A DNA stretch of 42,709 nucleotides from Minisyncoccota bacterium (GTDB lineage: Bacteria; Patescibacteriota; Minisyncoccia; Phycocordibacterales; UBA9973): the NCBI GenBank assembly GCA_017992305.1, contig JAGOOX010000002.1, positions 1-42,709 of the forward strand, read 5' to 3'. Of this stretch, positions 17,196 to 28,858 are shown in pieces; position 1 is the first letter of the stretch, and each line of letters begins with the position of its first letter. Below the pieces are notes generated by a model, which worked only from the letters and a program-made list of their open reading frames with translations, did no database searches and was not told where the DNA came from. The position numbers and the translations under genes are program-made.

Positions 17196-18938
17196 ATGAG
17201 CTTTTTAGACTTGTTAAAAAAAGAAAAAAGGGTTGATGCTGCAACCATGGAAAGGGCTATAAACACTGCTCGCACAGAAAACATGTCTATTTCAGAAGCT
17301 TTATCCAAAGAGGGTGCTGACGAAGACTATTTACTAGAGGCAAAATCCAAATACTACAATATTCCTGCTGTTAAAATTAATCCTGCTAGTTTGCCTCTTG
17401 AAATTTTTAATTATATACCCGAAGACGCTGCGCGACACTATCGAATTTCACCGATAGGTTTAAATGATGGAATATTAAAGGTCGGCATAACTGACCCCGA
17501 CAATGTTCAAGCCATAGATGCATTGCAATTTATTGCTTCTAAAAAAAATATACCTTTTACTGTTTCATTAATTAGTGACAAAAATTTAGATGCATTAATG
17601 GATAGGTACAAAGGCATGGGTTCTCAGGTTCATGATGCATTAAACGATATTGACCCAGAATTAGTCGAAGCCCAGGAGCAAATGGAAATCGTCGACCCTA
17701 ATATTCAAAATACAATTTCCAAAGAAGAAGAAGAGAAAATTATCGAAGAAGCTCCTATTATAAAAATCGTAGCCGTAATACTAAGACACGGCGTCGAAGG
17801 TGACGCATCTGATATACACATTGAAAATACTGGTGAAAAGGTGGTTGTACGTTTTCGTGTTGATGGAACCTTGCATACCTCACTAATATTGCCACTACAA
17901 GTCTTCCCCGGAGTTGTTGCTCGTATTAAAATTTTGGCAAAACTAAGACTTGATGAAAAACGTAAACCCCAAGACGGATCTTTTTCTACAAAAATCGGTG
18001 ATAAAAAAATTGATTTTCGTGTTTCAACATTTCCAACTCATTTCGGCGAAAAGGTTGTTTTACGTATTCTTGACTCAGAGGGTGGTATTAAATCCCTAAA
18101 AGATATTGGTTTAACTGTCGAAAACGAAACACTAATTCGCGAAGCCTTAAAAAAACCGTATGGTTTGATTTTGGTTACAGGGCCAACTGGTAGTGGTAAA
18201 TCAACTACAATTTATTCTATGCTTAATGAAATTGACAAAGAGACAGTCAACGTCGTTTCGCTCGAAGACCCTGTTGAATTTAATATACCGCAGGTTAATC
18301 AGTCACAGGTTATGCCTGAAATCGGGTATACTTTTGCAACTGGTTTACGTTCTATTTTGCGTCAAGACCCAAACGTTATATTCGTTGGTGAGATTCGCGA
18401 TAAAGAAACCGCTCAACTAGCTATTCAGGCCGCCCTTACTGGTCACTTGGTATTATCAACTTTGCACACCAATAATGCTGCCGGCATTGTACCTCGACTG
18501 GTTGATATGGGTGTTGACCCTTATCTAATTGCGCCAACTTTAATACTGGGTATTGCGCAACGTTTGGTTCGTAAAACTTACCCCTCGGCTCGTCAAGAGG
18601 TTCCAATGGATGACATCATTAAAGAGGAGTATAAAGCATACTTCAAAGACTTGCCGCCACAATTTGCCAACAAAGTAGTATTACCTGAAAAATATATTCA
18701 AACAGTACCAACTGTCGACAGCCCAACAGGCACCAAGGGCCGTGTAGCAGTTCATGAAATGTTCAAGGTAGACCGTGAAATGCAACGTACTATTTTAAAA
18801 TCTCCATCTGAAGAGCAGGTTTACAATATTGCTCGCAGTAAGGGTATGCTTACAATGCGCGAAGACGGTTTTGTTAAAAGCTTGAATGGTATTATTCCAA
18901 TGACTGAGGTTTACACACTATCTGAAGATCGTGATTAA
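17196..18938 (+). CDS. pilB: type IV pilus extension ATPase PilB (GspE family)
   Basis: 580 aa. T2SSE_N-like N-terminus, Walker A GPTGSGKST, Asp box, Walker B ...IFVGEIRD, His box LVLSTLHTN. Confidence 0.9.
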   Translation: MSFLDLLKKEKRVDAATMERAINTARTENMSISEALSKEGADEDYLLEAKSKYYNIPAVKINPASLPLEIFNYIPEDAARHYRISPIGLNDGILKVGITDPDNVQAIDALQFIASKKNIPFTVSLISDKNLDALMDRYKGMGSQVHDALNDIDPELVEAQEQMEIVDPNIQNTISKEEEEKIIEEAPIIKIVAVILRHGVEGDASDIHIENTGEKVVVRFRVDGTLHTSLILPLQVFPGVVARIKILAKLRLDEKRKPQDGSFSTKIGDKKIDFRVSTFPTHFGEKVVLRILDSEGGIKSLKDIGLTVENETLIREALKKPYGLILVTGPTGSGKSTTIYSMLNEIDKETVNVVSLEDPVEFNIPQVNQSQVMPEIGYTFATGLRSILRQDPNVIFVGEIRDKETAQLAIQAALTGHLVLSTLHTNNAAGIVPRLVDMGVDPYLIAPTLILGIAQRLVRKTYPSARQEVPMDDIIKEEYKAYFKDLPPQFANKVVLPEKYIQTVPTVDSPTGTKGRVAVHEMFKVDREMQRTILKSPSEEQVYNIARSKGMLTMREDGFVKSLNGIIPMTEVYTLSEDRD

Positions 18939-18963
18939 TTCTTATGATATAATATAAATAATT

Positions 18964-20010
18964 ATGAATGATATTAAAAAATTCTTAGATGCCTTGATTG
19001 CTAATAATGGCTCAGACCTGCACCTTTCGGCGGGGGATTCTCCGTTAATACGTATTGCTGGCGAACTCATACCCTTAACTAATTTTGATGCACCAAGTAA
19101 TAACGACATACTGGCTATTTTAAAAGAAATGCTTGGAGAAAAAATGCTTCAATCATTTATAGACAACCAAGAAAAAGACTTTGCGTATAATTACGAAGAC
19201 CACCGTTTGCGGGGTAATGCATTTATTCAACGTGGTCAATATGCAGTATCTTTGCGACTTGTACCAAAAGCTCGAAACTTAAAAGAGCTTTCACTACCAA
19301 GCATACTCGAGGATTTTGCTATGGCTCGTCAAGGCTTTTTCCTTGTTGTTGGTCCAGTTGGCCAAGGTAAAACAACGACACTAACTTCGATGATTGAAAT
19401 TATTAATGAAAAAAGGTCAGCTCATATAATCACAATCGAAGACCCGGCCGAATATGTTTTCAAAAACAAAAAATCACTTATTCATCAACGCGAGGTTGGT
19501 ATTGACACCAAAGACTTTGACACTGCTCTTAAAAGCGTTTTTCGAGAAGATGTAAACGTCATATTAGTTGGTGAAATGCGCTCGCACGAAACTATGTCAA
19601 CGGCAGTAACCGCAGCCGAAACTGGTCATTTGGTATTATCAACTTTACATACTAATAATGCCGCACAATCAATTGACCGTATTATTGACTCATTCCCGGC
19701 TAATCAACAAGATCAAATCAGGTCACAGCTTGCCTCAACCCTATTAGGAATATTTTCACAAAGGTTAATTCCTAAAATAGGTGGGGGCAGGGTGCCTGCG
19801 TACGAATTATTAATAAATAATAGTGCTGTTGCAAATTTAATTAGGGAAAAGAGGACACATGAATTAAACATTGTTATTGAAACAAGTCTAGAACAGGGCA
19901 TGGTAGACCTAAACAGGTCGTTAATTGAATTGATTAAGACTGGTCAAATTACACTAGATAACGCAATTTTGTATTCAAACAATCTCAAGGCGTTACAACA
20001 GATGCTATAA
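18964..20010 (+). CDS. pilT: twitching-motility/retraction ATPase PilT
   Basis: 348 aa. GSDLHL...PLIRI N-terminus, Walker A GPVGQGKTTT, ILVGEMR, LVLSTLHTNNA. Confidence 0.9.
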   Translation: MNDIKKFLDALIANNGSDLHLSAGDSPLIRIAGELIPLTNFDAPSNNDILAILKEMLGEKMLQSFIDNQEKDFAYNYEDHRLRGNAFIQRGQYAVSLRLVPKARNLKELSLPSILEDFAMARQGFFLVVGPVGQGKTTTLTSMIEIINEKRSAHIITIEDPAEYVFKNKKSLIHQREVGIDTKDFDTALKSVFREDVNVILVGEMRSHETMSTAVTAAETGHLVLSTLHTNNAAQSIDRIIDSFPANQQDQIRSQLASTLLGIFSQRLIPKIGGGRVPAYELLINNSAVANLIREKRTHELNIVIETSLEQGMVDLNRSLIELIKTGQITLDNAILYSNNLKALQQML

Positions 20011-20030
20011 ATTTAAATTATTAAAAAAAT

Positions 20031-21236
20031 ATGAATTATAAATACGACGCAGTTACCGATAAGGGTGAGAAAAAATCAGGTCTTGTTGAGGCCCCAAACC
20101 AAGACATGGCAATTTCGGCCCTGCAAAAAAGAGGCCTAATAGTTTTAAAGGTTATCGAAGAGGGTGCGCCTAGAAACTTTCTTGAAATATCACTTTTTGA
20201 AAGTGTTAAAACCAAGGAAGTTGTTATTATGTCTCGCCAAATTGCTACCCTTTTTGAAGCCAATGTTTCAGCGCTTAAAGCCTTTCAATTACTTTCAACT
20301 AATTCTGAAAATAGACTTTTAACTAAAAAATTAATGCGCGTAACCGAAGACCTACAGGCTGGAGTTTCAATTTCAGAGGCGTTAGCTAAACACCCTGATG
20401 TTTTTTCAAGTTTTTATGTAAATATGGTTAGGTCAGGTGAAGAGTCGGGCAACTTAACAACAACATTCAATTACTTGGCCGAATATCTGGATCGTCAATA
20501 TGCCTTAACCAGTAAAACCAAAAACGCACTTATCTACCCAGGTTTTGTTATTGGCATATTCTTTGTTGTTATGATTTTAATGTTTACAATGATTATTCCA
20601 AAACTGTCTGAAATCATTCTAAGTTCAGGCCAAGACGTTCCAGTTTATACAAAAGTTGTTATTGGTATATCGAACATAATGGTTAATTATGGCATTTTTA
20701 TGCTGGCTGGTATTGTTGCAATTTTTTCATATTTGTTCTACCTTGCCAAAACAAAAAGCGGCAAAAAAACAATTGATGAATTAAAAATAAAAGTTCCAGT
20801 TTTTGGGCCACTATTTCGCAAAGTTTACCTTGCTCGTATTGCTGATAACCTAGACACCATGCTTTCATCTGGCATACCAATAGTTCGAGCTATTCAAATA
20901 ACGTCTGACGTGGTTGGTAATGAAAAATATCAAGAAATATTAATTGCGGCCAGTGAGGAGGTCAAGGCTGGCTCAACATTGTCGCAATCACTTTCAAAAT
21001 ATGAAGTAGTACCTCAAATACTGGTTCAAATGATGAAGGTGGGCGAGGAAACTGGTTCACTGGGTCAGATTTTAAAAACTTTGGCACGTTTTTATAAACG
21101 CGAGGTTGACGATGCTGTTGACACGCTAGTTTCACTTATCGAGCCTGTGATGATCGTGGCTTTGGGTCTGGGTGTTGGTTTAATATTGGTCTCTGTTTTG
21201 ATGCCAATTTATGATATCGCTGGTGGTATCAGCTAA
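20031..21236 (+). CDS. pilC: pilus platform protein PilC (GspF family)
   Basis: 401 aa. Duplicated GspF domains, 3 TM segments, GEE(S/T)G motifs in both halves. Confidence 0.9.
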   Translation: MNYKYDAVTDKGEKKSGLVEAPNQDMAISALQKRGLIVLKVIEEGAPRNFLEISLFESVKTKEVVIMSRQIATLFEANVSALKAFQLLSTNSENRLLTKKLMRVTEDLQAGVSISEALAKHPDVFSSFYVNMVRSGEESGNLTTTFNYLAEYLDRQYALTSKTKNALIYPGFVIGIFFVVMILMFTMIIPKLSEIILSSGQDVPVYTKVVIGISNIMVNYGIFMLAGIVAIFSYLFYLAKTKSGKKTIDELKIKVPVFGPLFRKVYLARIADNLDTMLSSGIPIVRAIQITSDVVGNEKYQEILIAASEEVKAGSTLSQSLSKYEVVPQILVQMMKVGEETGSLGQILKTLARFYKREVDDAVDTLVSLIEPVMIVALGLGVGLILVSVLMPIYDIAGGIS

Positions 21237-21312
21237 TTCTATAAAATAGATTTCCACACTATTATGGCTTTACAATTGTTTTTAATGCTATAATTTAGTC
21301 ATTATCAGGTCG

Positions 21313-21328
21313 CGTGTGTGCACACACG
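21313..21328. promoter_or_regulatory. perfect 16-bp palindrome CGTGTGTGCACACACG, 27 nt upstream of the first pilin ATG
   Basis: Self-complementary alternating purine-pyrimidine tract, downstream of a TATAAT at about 21288-21293. Confidence 0.4.
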
Positions 21329-21354
21329 TATTAATAAAATTAATGTAAATTTAC

Positions 21355-21846
21355 ATGTTAAAGAAAAATAAAGGTTTTACGCTTATCGAACTTCTAGTCG
21401 TTATTGCGATCATCGGTATCTTGGCTTCAGTTGTTTTGGCTTCTCTAAACTCAGCTCGAACAAAAGGTTCTGATGCTGCAATCAAGGCTAACTTAGCTAA
21501 CATTCGTGCCCAAGCCGCTCTTTACTATGATACAAACAATACTTATAACAGCTCTGCTGCAGGTGTTCTTTGTACTATAAATGGTGCGGGTACTGCAAGC
21601 GGTTGTACTAACTTGTTTGGTACAGGTACAGGTACAGCTCAAGAAGGTCTAAAGGCCGCTGCTTCTGCTGCTGGTACTACGGCTTATGGTTATGTTAACG
21701 CTGCGGGTGACGCTTGGTTTACCGCTGTTAACTTAAAAACATCTGGTGCTGGTTACTATTGTGTTGACTCATCAGGTGCAGGCAAAACTATAACTGGTAC
21801 ACTGACTACAACTCCATGGTTCACTACAACTACAGCTTGTCCATAA
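21355..21846 (+). CDS. type IV pilin paralog 1
   Basis: Leader MLKKNKG|FTLIELLVVIAIIGILA with E5. C-terminal Cys pair (YYCVD...TACP). Own hairpin terminator. Confidence 0.9.
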   Translation: MLKKNKGFTLIELLVVIAIIGILASVVLASLNSARTKGSDAAIKANLANIRAQAALYYDTNNTYNSSAAGVLCTINGAGTASGCTNLFGTGTGTAQEGLKAAASAAGTTAYGYVNAAGDAWFTAVNLKTSGAGYYCVDSSGAGKTITGTLTTTPWFTTTTACP

Positions 21847-21870
21847 TATAAAATTAGTTCAAGTTTTCAA

Positions 21871-21900
21871 CAGAAAGCCACCCATGCGGGTGGCTTTCTG
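21871..21900 (+). terminator. hairpin after pilin 1
   Basis: 13-bp stem CAGAAAGCCACCC / GGGTGGCTTTCTG with loop ATGC. The T-tail is weak. Confidence 0.55.
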
Positions 21901-21926
21901 TATAGACTAGTTTTATAATAATTAAT

Positions 21927-22451
21927 ATGATGTTAAAAAATAAAACAAAAAAATGTTCAGGTGTGCACGGATTTACGTTAATAGAGTTACTAGTTGTTAT
22001 TGCAATTATTGGCATACTTGCATCTGTGGTTTTGGCTTCACTTAATTCGGCTCGAAGTAAAGGGGCTGATGCTGCTGTAAAATCAAACCTTTCAAATGTG
22101 CGTGGCCAAGCTTCACTATACTATGATACAAATGGTAGTTATGGCATAAATAATTCTTGTGGTTTTACTGGCACGGGTACACAAATCAGTACTTGTGGTG
22201 GCGTGTTCGGCTCAGGTTCGCTAACTGTGCAAGCCGGTCTTAGGGCTGCTGCTATTGCGTCGGGTTCGACAGCATATGGTTTTACTAATGCTACTGGTGA
22301 CTCTTGGGCTATAGGTACAATTTTAAAAACCAATAACCTGGTAGGTTCAAATTCTGGTGTTGATTATTACTGTGTTGATTCAGTTGGCGCAAGTAGCGTG
22401 AAGGACAGCATTCCTAATTACTGGACTACAGGCTTCACTGTTTGCCCATAA
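21927..22451 (+). CDS. type IV pilin paralog 2
   Basis: Leader ...CSGVHG|FTLIELLVVIAIIGILA. C-terminus DYYCVDSVGASSVKDSIPNYWTTGFTVCP. Confidence 0.9.
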   Translation: MMLKNKTKKCSGVHGFTLIELLVVIAIIGILASVVLASLNSARSKGADAAVKSNLSNVRGQASLYYDTNGSYGINNSCGFTGTGTQISTCGGVFGSGSLTVQAGLRAAAIASGSTAYGFTNATGDSWAIGTILKTNNLVGSNSGVDYYCVDSVGASSVKDSIPNYWTTGFTVCP

Positions 22452-22463
22452 TAGTTTTTCAAC

Positions 22464-22491
22464 AAAAAACCACCCACAAGGGTGGTTTTTT
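22464..22491 (+). terminator. intrinsic terminator after pilin 2
   Basis: ACCACCC-ACAA-GGGTGGT followed by TTTTT. Confidence 0.7.
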
Positions 22492-22519
22492 AGATTGAGC
22501 ATAGTATAATATATATGTA

Positions 22520-23035
22520 ATGCTATTGAATGGTAAATTAAAAATAAACAAGGGCTTTACACTTATCGAACTACTTGTAGTTATTGCAATTATCGGTATT
22601 TTGGCCGCAATTGTTTTAGCTTCACTTAACTCAGCTCGATCAAAAGGTGGCGACTCTGCGGTCAGGTCAAATATTGCAAATATCCGTGGTCAAGCTGCTC
22701 TTTATTATGATACAAATATAACATACGGCAACAACGTTGCTTGTGGTTTTACATCTGGCGGTACGGCCGTTGGTGTATGTACTGGTTTGTTTGGGGCGGG
22801 GTCTACCACTGCCCAGGCTGGGCTTAGGGCTGCGGCCACCGCATCGGGTTCGACAGCATATGGTTTTACTAATGCTACTGGTGACGCATGGGCTATTGGT
22901 GCAATTTTGAAGACTACTAACATAATATCTTCAAATTCGGGTGTAGACTATTACTGCGTTGACTCAACTGGTTTTGGCGGAGTCAAAGACAGTATACCTA
23001 ATTATTGGACTACGGGCTTCACTTCGTGCCCATAA
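22520..23035 (+). CDS. type IV pilin paralog 3
   Basis: Leader ...KINKG|FTLIELLVVIAIIGILA. C-terminus DYYCVDSTGFGGVKDSIPNYWTTGFTSCP. TATAAT 10 nt before the ATG. Confidence 0.9.
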   Translation: MLLNGKLKINKGFTLIELLVVIAIIGILAAIVLASLNSARSKGGDSAVRSNIANIRGQAALYYDTNITYGNNVACGFTSGGTAVGVCTGLFGAGSTTAQAGLRAAATASGSTAYGFTNATGDAWAIGAILKTTNIISSNSGVDYYCVDSTGFGGVKDSIPNYWTTGFTSCP

Positions 23036-23066
23036 TTAATTACTTTTTAATAATTAAATATATAAT

Positions 23067-23609
23067 ATGAAAAAAGAACAAAAAAAATTTATAAAAGGTT
23101 TTACGTTACTAGAACTACTGGTTGTTATCGCCATAATTGGTGTTTTGGCTTCTGTTATTTTAGCTTCACTTAACTCAGCTCGATCAAAAGGTGAAGACGC
23201 TGCTATAAAATCAAACATTAAAACAATTGGTACTCAGTCAGCAATTTATTACGATGCCAACAGTGAATTTTATAGTTCTGCAAACGTTTTTCCATCGTCA
23301 AGTACAACAACATGTAATGCTGCGAATACTTTCTTGACTGATCCTGTAATTGCAAGGGCAGTATCTGCTATTATTGCTGTTAGGCCTACTGGTTCTAGAA
23401 TTTGTGTTTTGACTACTGTAACTGGTGGTTCATCTTTGGTTAACGCTTGGGCGCTAGTATTTCCTTTGGCACAAAATGCAAACACTTATTGGTGTATAGA
23501 CTCATCAGGAACCTCTCGTGAGAAGAATGCAAGTGGTACGGCTTATAACGGTACAACAACAGGCACAGCCGCAGCTTTGTCTAACAACTCTGACACTACG
23601 TGTAACTAG
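23067..23609 (+). CDS. type IV pilin paralog 4 (divergent globular domain)
   Basis: Leader ...FIKG|FTLLELLVVIAIIGVLA and the same LASLNSARSKG segment. C-terminal Cys pair YWCID...TTCN. Confidence 0.85.
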   Translation: MKKEQKKFIKGFTLLELLVVIAIIGVLASVILASLNSARSKGEDAAIKSNIKTIGTQSAIYYDANSEFYSSANVFPSSSTTTCNAANTFLTDPVIARAVSAIIAVRPTGSRICVLTTVTGGSSLVNAWALVFPLAQNANTYWCIDSSGTSREKNASGTAYNGTTTGTAAALSNNSDTTCN

Positions 23610-23633
23610 TTTTTTGTACGAACTTGTAATAAT

Positions 23634-24437
23634 ATGTTTTGGATTTACTGTATATTTGCCGCCGTTTTTGGTGCCATAATTGGTAGTTTTTTGAATGTCA
23701 TTATATTACGGCATAATACACACATTAAAAGCAAGCGTAGTTTTTGTTTTTCATGTGGCCATACATTAGAACCCACCGAACTTATACCTGTAGTCAGCTA
23801 CGCCATACAGGGTGGCAAGTGTAAAAAATGTCATAGTAAAATTAGCTCACAGTATTTTATTGTTGAACTGGCTTTTGCATTAATTTCAGTAATAGCTTTG
23901 TTTATCAATATAGACGCTAATATTTATTTTTGGGCCATTAAATATTTGTTAACTATGGGTATTTTCGGCTTACTTACTTGTACATTTGTTTACGATTTAA
24001 AACATAAAATAATGCCTGACGGTTGGACCTTGGGGGCTTTTATCTTAGCTTTAATTTACTCAGCATTTTTCGGTATAGGTATTAAAATGGCTTTAATTGG
24101 TATGGTTATTGTTGCTATACCGCTACTGTTAATTTATTTAATTTCAAGGGGGCGCGCTATGGGTTTTGGTGACGTTAAGTTTACTTTGTTTATGGGGGCA
24201 TTCTTGGGCGTGTCATCAGGTTTATTGGCGCTGATGTTTAGTTTTTGGATAGGTGGTATTGTTGGTTGTTATTTATTGATAATGTCGCGTATTGGCAAAC
24301 TTCGGGGTAAGTTTAAAAAAATTGACCGCAAAAGTGAAATTGCATTTGGCCCTTTTTTAATTTTAGGTACATTTATTGTATTTATCTTTAACTTAAACCT
24401 TGATATACTATTAACATGGCTTTCAAGCATCCTATAA
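23634..24437 (+). CDS. pilD: prepilin peptidase / N-methyltransferase PilD (A24 family)
   Basis: 267 aa polytopic protein. Cys-rich CFSCGH...CKKCHS region and the GFGDVKF active-site Asp motif. Confidence 0.85.
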   Translation: MFWIYCIFAAVFGAIIGSFLNVIILRHNTHIKSKRSFCFSCGHTLEPTELIPVVSYAIQGGKCKKCHSKISSQYFIVELAFALISVIALFINIDANIYFWAIKYLLTMGIFGLLTCTFVYDLKHKIMPDGWTLGAFILALIYSAFFGIGIKMALIGMVIVAIPLLLIYLISRGRAMGFGDVKFTLFMGAFLGVSSGLLALMFSFWIGGIVGCYLLIMSRIGKLRGKFKKIDRKSEIAFGPFLILGTFIVFIFNLNLDILLTWLSSIL

Positions 24438-25063
24438 AATACATAGCACCTTTAAATAGCGGTTTTACTATTGCTGAAATGATGGTTGTGTTGGGCATCT
24501 TTGCTGTTGTCTCGGGTATAATACTTTTTAACTATAGGTCTTTTAGAACTAACACAACGGTAAATACAGTTTCTCAAGAAATTGCTCTAACTGTACGCAA
24601 GGCTCAATCATATGCACTGGGCTTGCAGGCCTCGGGGGTGCTGGCTAGTTTGCCAGTCAAGGGCTATGGTGTAAGTTTTGAATCTACTAGACCAGATCAG
24701 ATAACTTTTTTTGCTGAACTTTCACCCGCAGATAATCAGTACACAACAACAGCTAATCTTTGTGGTACGCCTGGTCTTGGCGAGGAATGTATTGAATACT
24801 ATAAAATTGATACGGGTGACAAAATAGAAGAATTAATTATTAATAGTGATGTCATAAAACTAACCGACCCATTAAGCTCAGTTGATGTAATTTTCAAAAA
24901 GCCATCGGGTGATGTTATTTTCTGTGTACACAGTACTGTTTACCCACTTTGTAGTAGTACAACCTCAACCCCTGTTAGCACTTTTGATATAGTTTTAGTT
25001 TCACAAGACGGAGTTCGCAAATCTGTTCATATTTTTGGTAATGGTCAAATTAGTACTGATTAA
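24416..25063 (+). CDS. minor pilin / pseudopilin 1
   Basis: Prepilin N-terminus SG|FTIAEMMVVLGIFAVV with E5. Overlaps the pilD end by 22 nt. Confidence 0.75.
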   Translation: MAFKHPIKYIAPLNSGFTIAEMMVVLGIFAVVSGIILFNYRSFRTNTTVNTVSQEIALTVRKAQSYALGLQASGVLASLPVKGYGVSFESTRPDQITFFAELSPADNQYTTTANLCGTPGLGEECIEYYKIDTGDKIEELIINSDVIKLTDPLSSVDVIFKKPSGDVIFCVHSTVYPLCSSTTSTPVSTFDIVLVSQDGVRKSVHIFGNGQISTD

Positions 25064-25066
25064 AAA

Positions 25067-25729
25067 ATGATTTTTAAAAAATATAAAAATTTGAATAATG
25101 GATTTACACTAGTTGAGGTTTTAGTTTCGACAATGATTTTTATATTGTTTGTAACTATTGCATTGTCGGCATTGATTATTTCAAATAGTTCAGCTAAAAG
25201 GTCAGTTTCAATAAAAACAGCAATTGATAATGTACAGTACTCAATGGAGCTTTTTACACGTACAGCTAGGCTAGGCTCGATGTACACATGTTTCAGTGCC
25301 AATGCTGGACAGATTACTGTCGACCCGACAATAGGCTCTAACTGCACACTAGGGCAGGGTATCGCCTTTTTCGTACTTGACCCAACAGTAACACCCAATC
25401 AAACTGACTTATATGCTTATTATTTAGAAAAACCAGTTGGAGGTAAGGGTAAAATAGTACGCTGTGTAGATAGAGATATTTTTTCAGGGGCACAGCCTGT
25501 AATGACACCAATAAATATGGATCTTTTATCAATGGGGGGTAATTGCATATCATTAACTGCCAAAGAAATTGATATTGAAAAATTTGACTTAGATGTTAAT
25601 GGTACTGACCCATCAGACGCATATCAGCCCAGCATAAGGGTTCGGACTGGAGGTACTGTTTCAATAAAGAACGATCAGGCGCCAATATATGTACAAACTT
25701 TTATAAGTCAAAGACAGTATGAACAATAA
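25067..25729 (+). CDS. minor pilin / pseudopilin 2
   Basis: NG|FTLVEVLVSTMIFILF prepilin N-terminus. Confidence 0.75.
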   Translation: MIFKKYKNLNNGFTLVEVLVSTMIFILFVTIALSALIISNSSAKRSVSIKTAIDNVQYSMELFTRTARLGSMYTCFSANAGQITVDPTIGSNCTLGQGIAFFVLDPTVTPNQTDLYAYYLEKPVGGKGKIVRCVDRDIFSGAQPVMTPINMDLLSMGGNCISLTAKEIDIEKFDLDVNGTDPSDAYQPSIRVRTGGTVSIKNDQAPIYVQTFISQRQYEQ

Positions 25730-26255
25730 AATTTTAAAAAAAATAAATATTAAAATAGATGCGCGCAAGCATTCAGGTTTTACCTTGCTTGAAACAATGG
25801 TTGCAATTATGCTTTTTATAATTGCCTTGTCGGCTTTACTTGCCCTGGTTAGGGATTCTGTAACGTCTGCGTCATATACACGAAACGAAGTTGTCGCTAC
25901 TTATTTGGCTCAAGAGGGTATTGATTATATTAGAAATATTCGAGACCAAAATGTTTATGTAAACCCGACAGCTAGCCCGTGGACTGATTTTGTTACTGAA
26001 ATTAAAACCAATAGTGGTTGTGGTACAAGTGCGGGTTGTTATTTGAACTTAGATAATTTTAGTAAATTAACCCCTTGCGCGATTCCTTGTCAAACTATAC
26101 AGGTTAGCCCTGACAATAAGCCTTTTATTCGTAAAATTACAACTATGGATATCGGCACCGATGTTTTGCTAGTAAAAGTCGAGGTCACTTGGCTAAATGG
26201 TACAAATACTAGGACTAGGACATTAACAACATCTCTTTATAATTGGGTACTGTAA
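25719..26255 (+). CDS. minor pilin / pseudopilin 3
   Basis: SG|FTLLETMVAIMLFIIAL prepilin N-terminus. Confidence 0.75.
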   Translation: MNNKILKKINIKIDARKHSGFTLLETMVAIMLFIIALSALLALVRDSVTSASYTRNEVVATYLAQEGIDYIRNIRDQNVYVNPTASPWTDFVTEIKTNSGCGTSAGCYLNLDNFSKLTPCAIPCQTIQVSPDNKPFIRKITTMDIGTDVLLVKVEVTWLNGTNTRTRTLTTSLYNWVL

Positions 26256-26758
26256 ATAATATGAAAAAATATTTTTTTATAAAAAATAATACACTTCAGA
26301 TAAATCAAAATACCCAGGTAAGGGTACGTGGCTTTGCGTTGTTTTATGTAATTATCATGATATCTATAATTTCTACAATTGCTTTTGGTTTGGCAAGTAT
26401 TACATATAAACAAAAGTTTTTGTCGTCCCTTGCTTATGATTCACAAGCTGCATTTTACGCAGCTGATGCTGGTATGGAATGTGCTCTTTTTAATAATGCA
26501 TCTGTTTTTGCACAAGATAATCAAATTAACTGCTATGATATTGCACCACAAAAATTTGGTCAATTTTTAAGTCTAAGTAAAACACCTATAGGTAGTATTT
26601 GGACAACTACTAGCCGTAAAGAAGCTTGTTTTTCTATAGAATTAAGACATCCTTCGCCTCCGTCTGACCCAAGGCTTTCTTTTATTGCAAAAGGTTATAG
26701 TACATGTCAACAAAACCAGGTTAGATATATCGAAAGAACGCTTAGAGCTTACTTTTAA
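26243..26758 (+). CDS. PilX-like minor pilin (probable true start ATG 26261)
   Basis: RGFALFYVIIMISIISTIAFG hydrophobic N-terminus lacking E5. Last gene of the pilin block. Confidence 0.6.
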   Translation: MGTVNNMKKYFFIKNNTLQINQNTQVRVRGFALFYVIIMISIISTIAFGLASITYKQKFLSSLAYDSQAAFYAADAGMECALFNNASVFAQDNQINCYDIAPQKFGQFLSLSKTPIGSIWTTTSRKEACFSIELRHPSPPSDPRLSFIAKGYSTCQQNQVRYIERTLRAYF

Positions 26759-28843
<2,085 letters not shown>

Positions 28844-28858
28844 TGTATAATTCATTAT

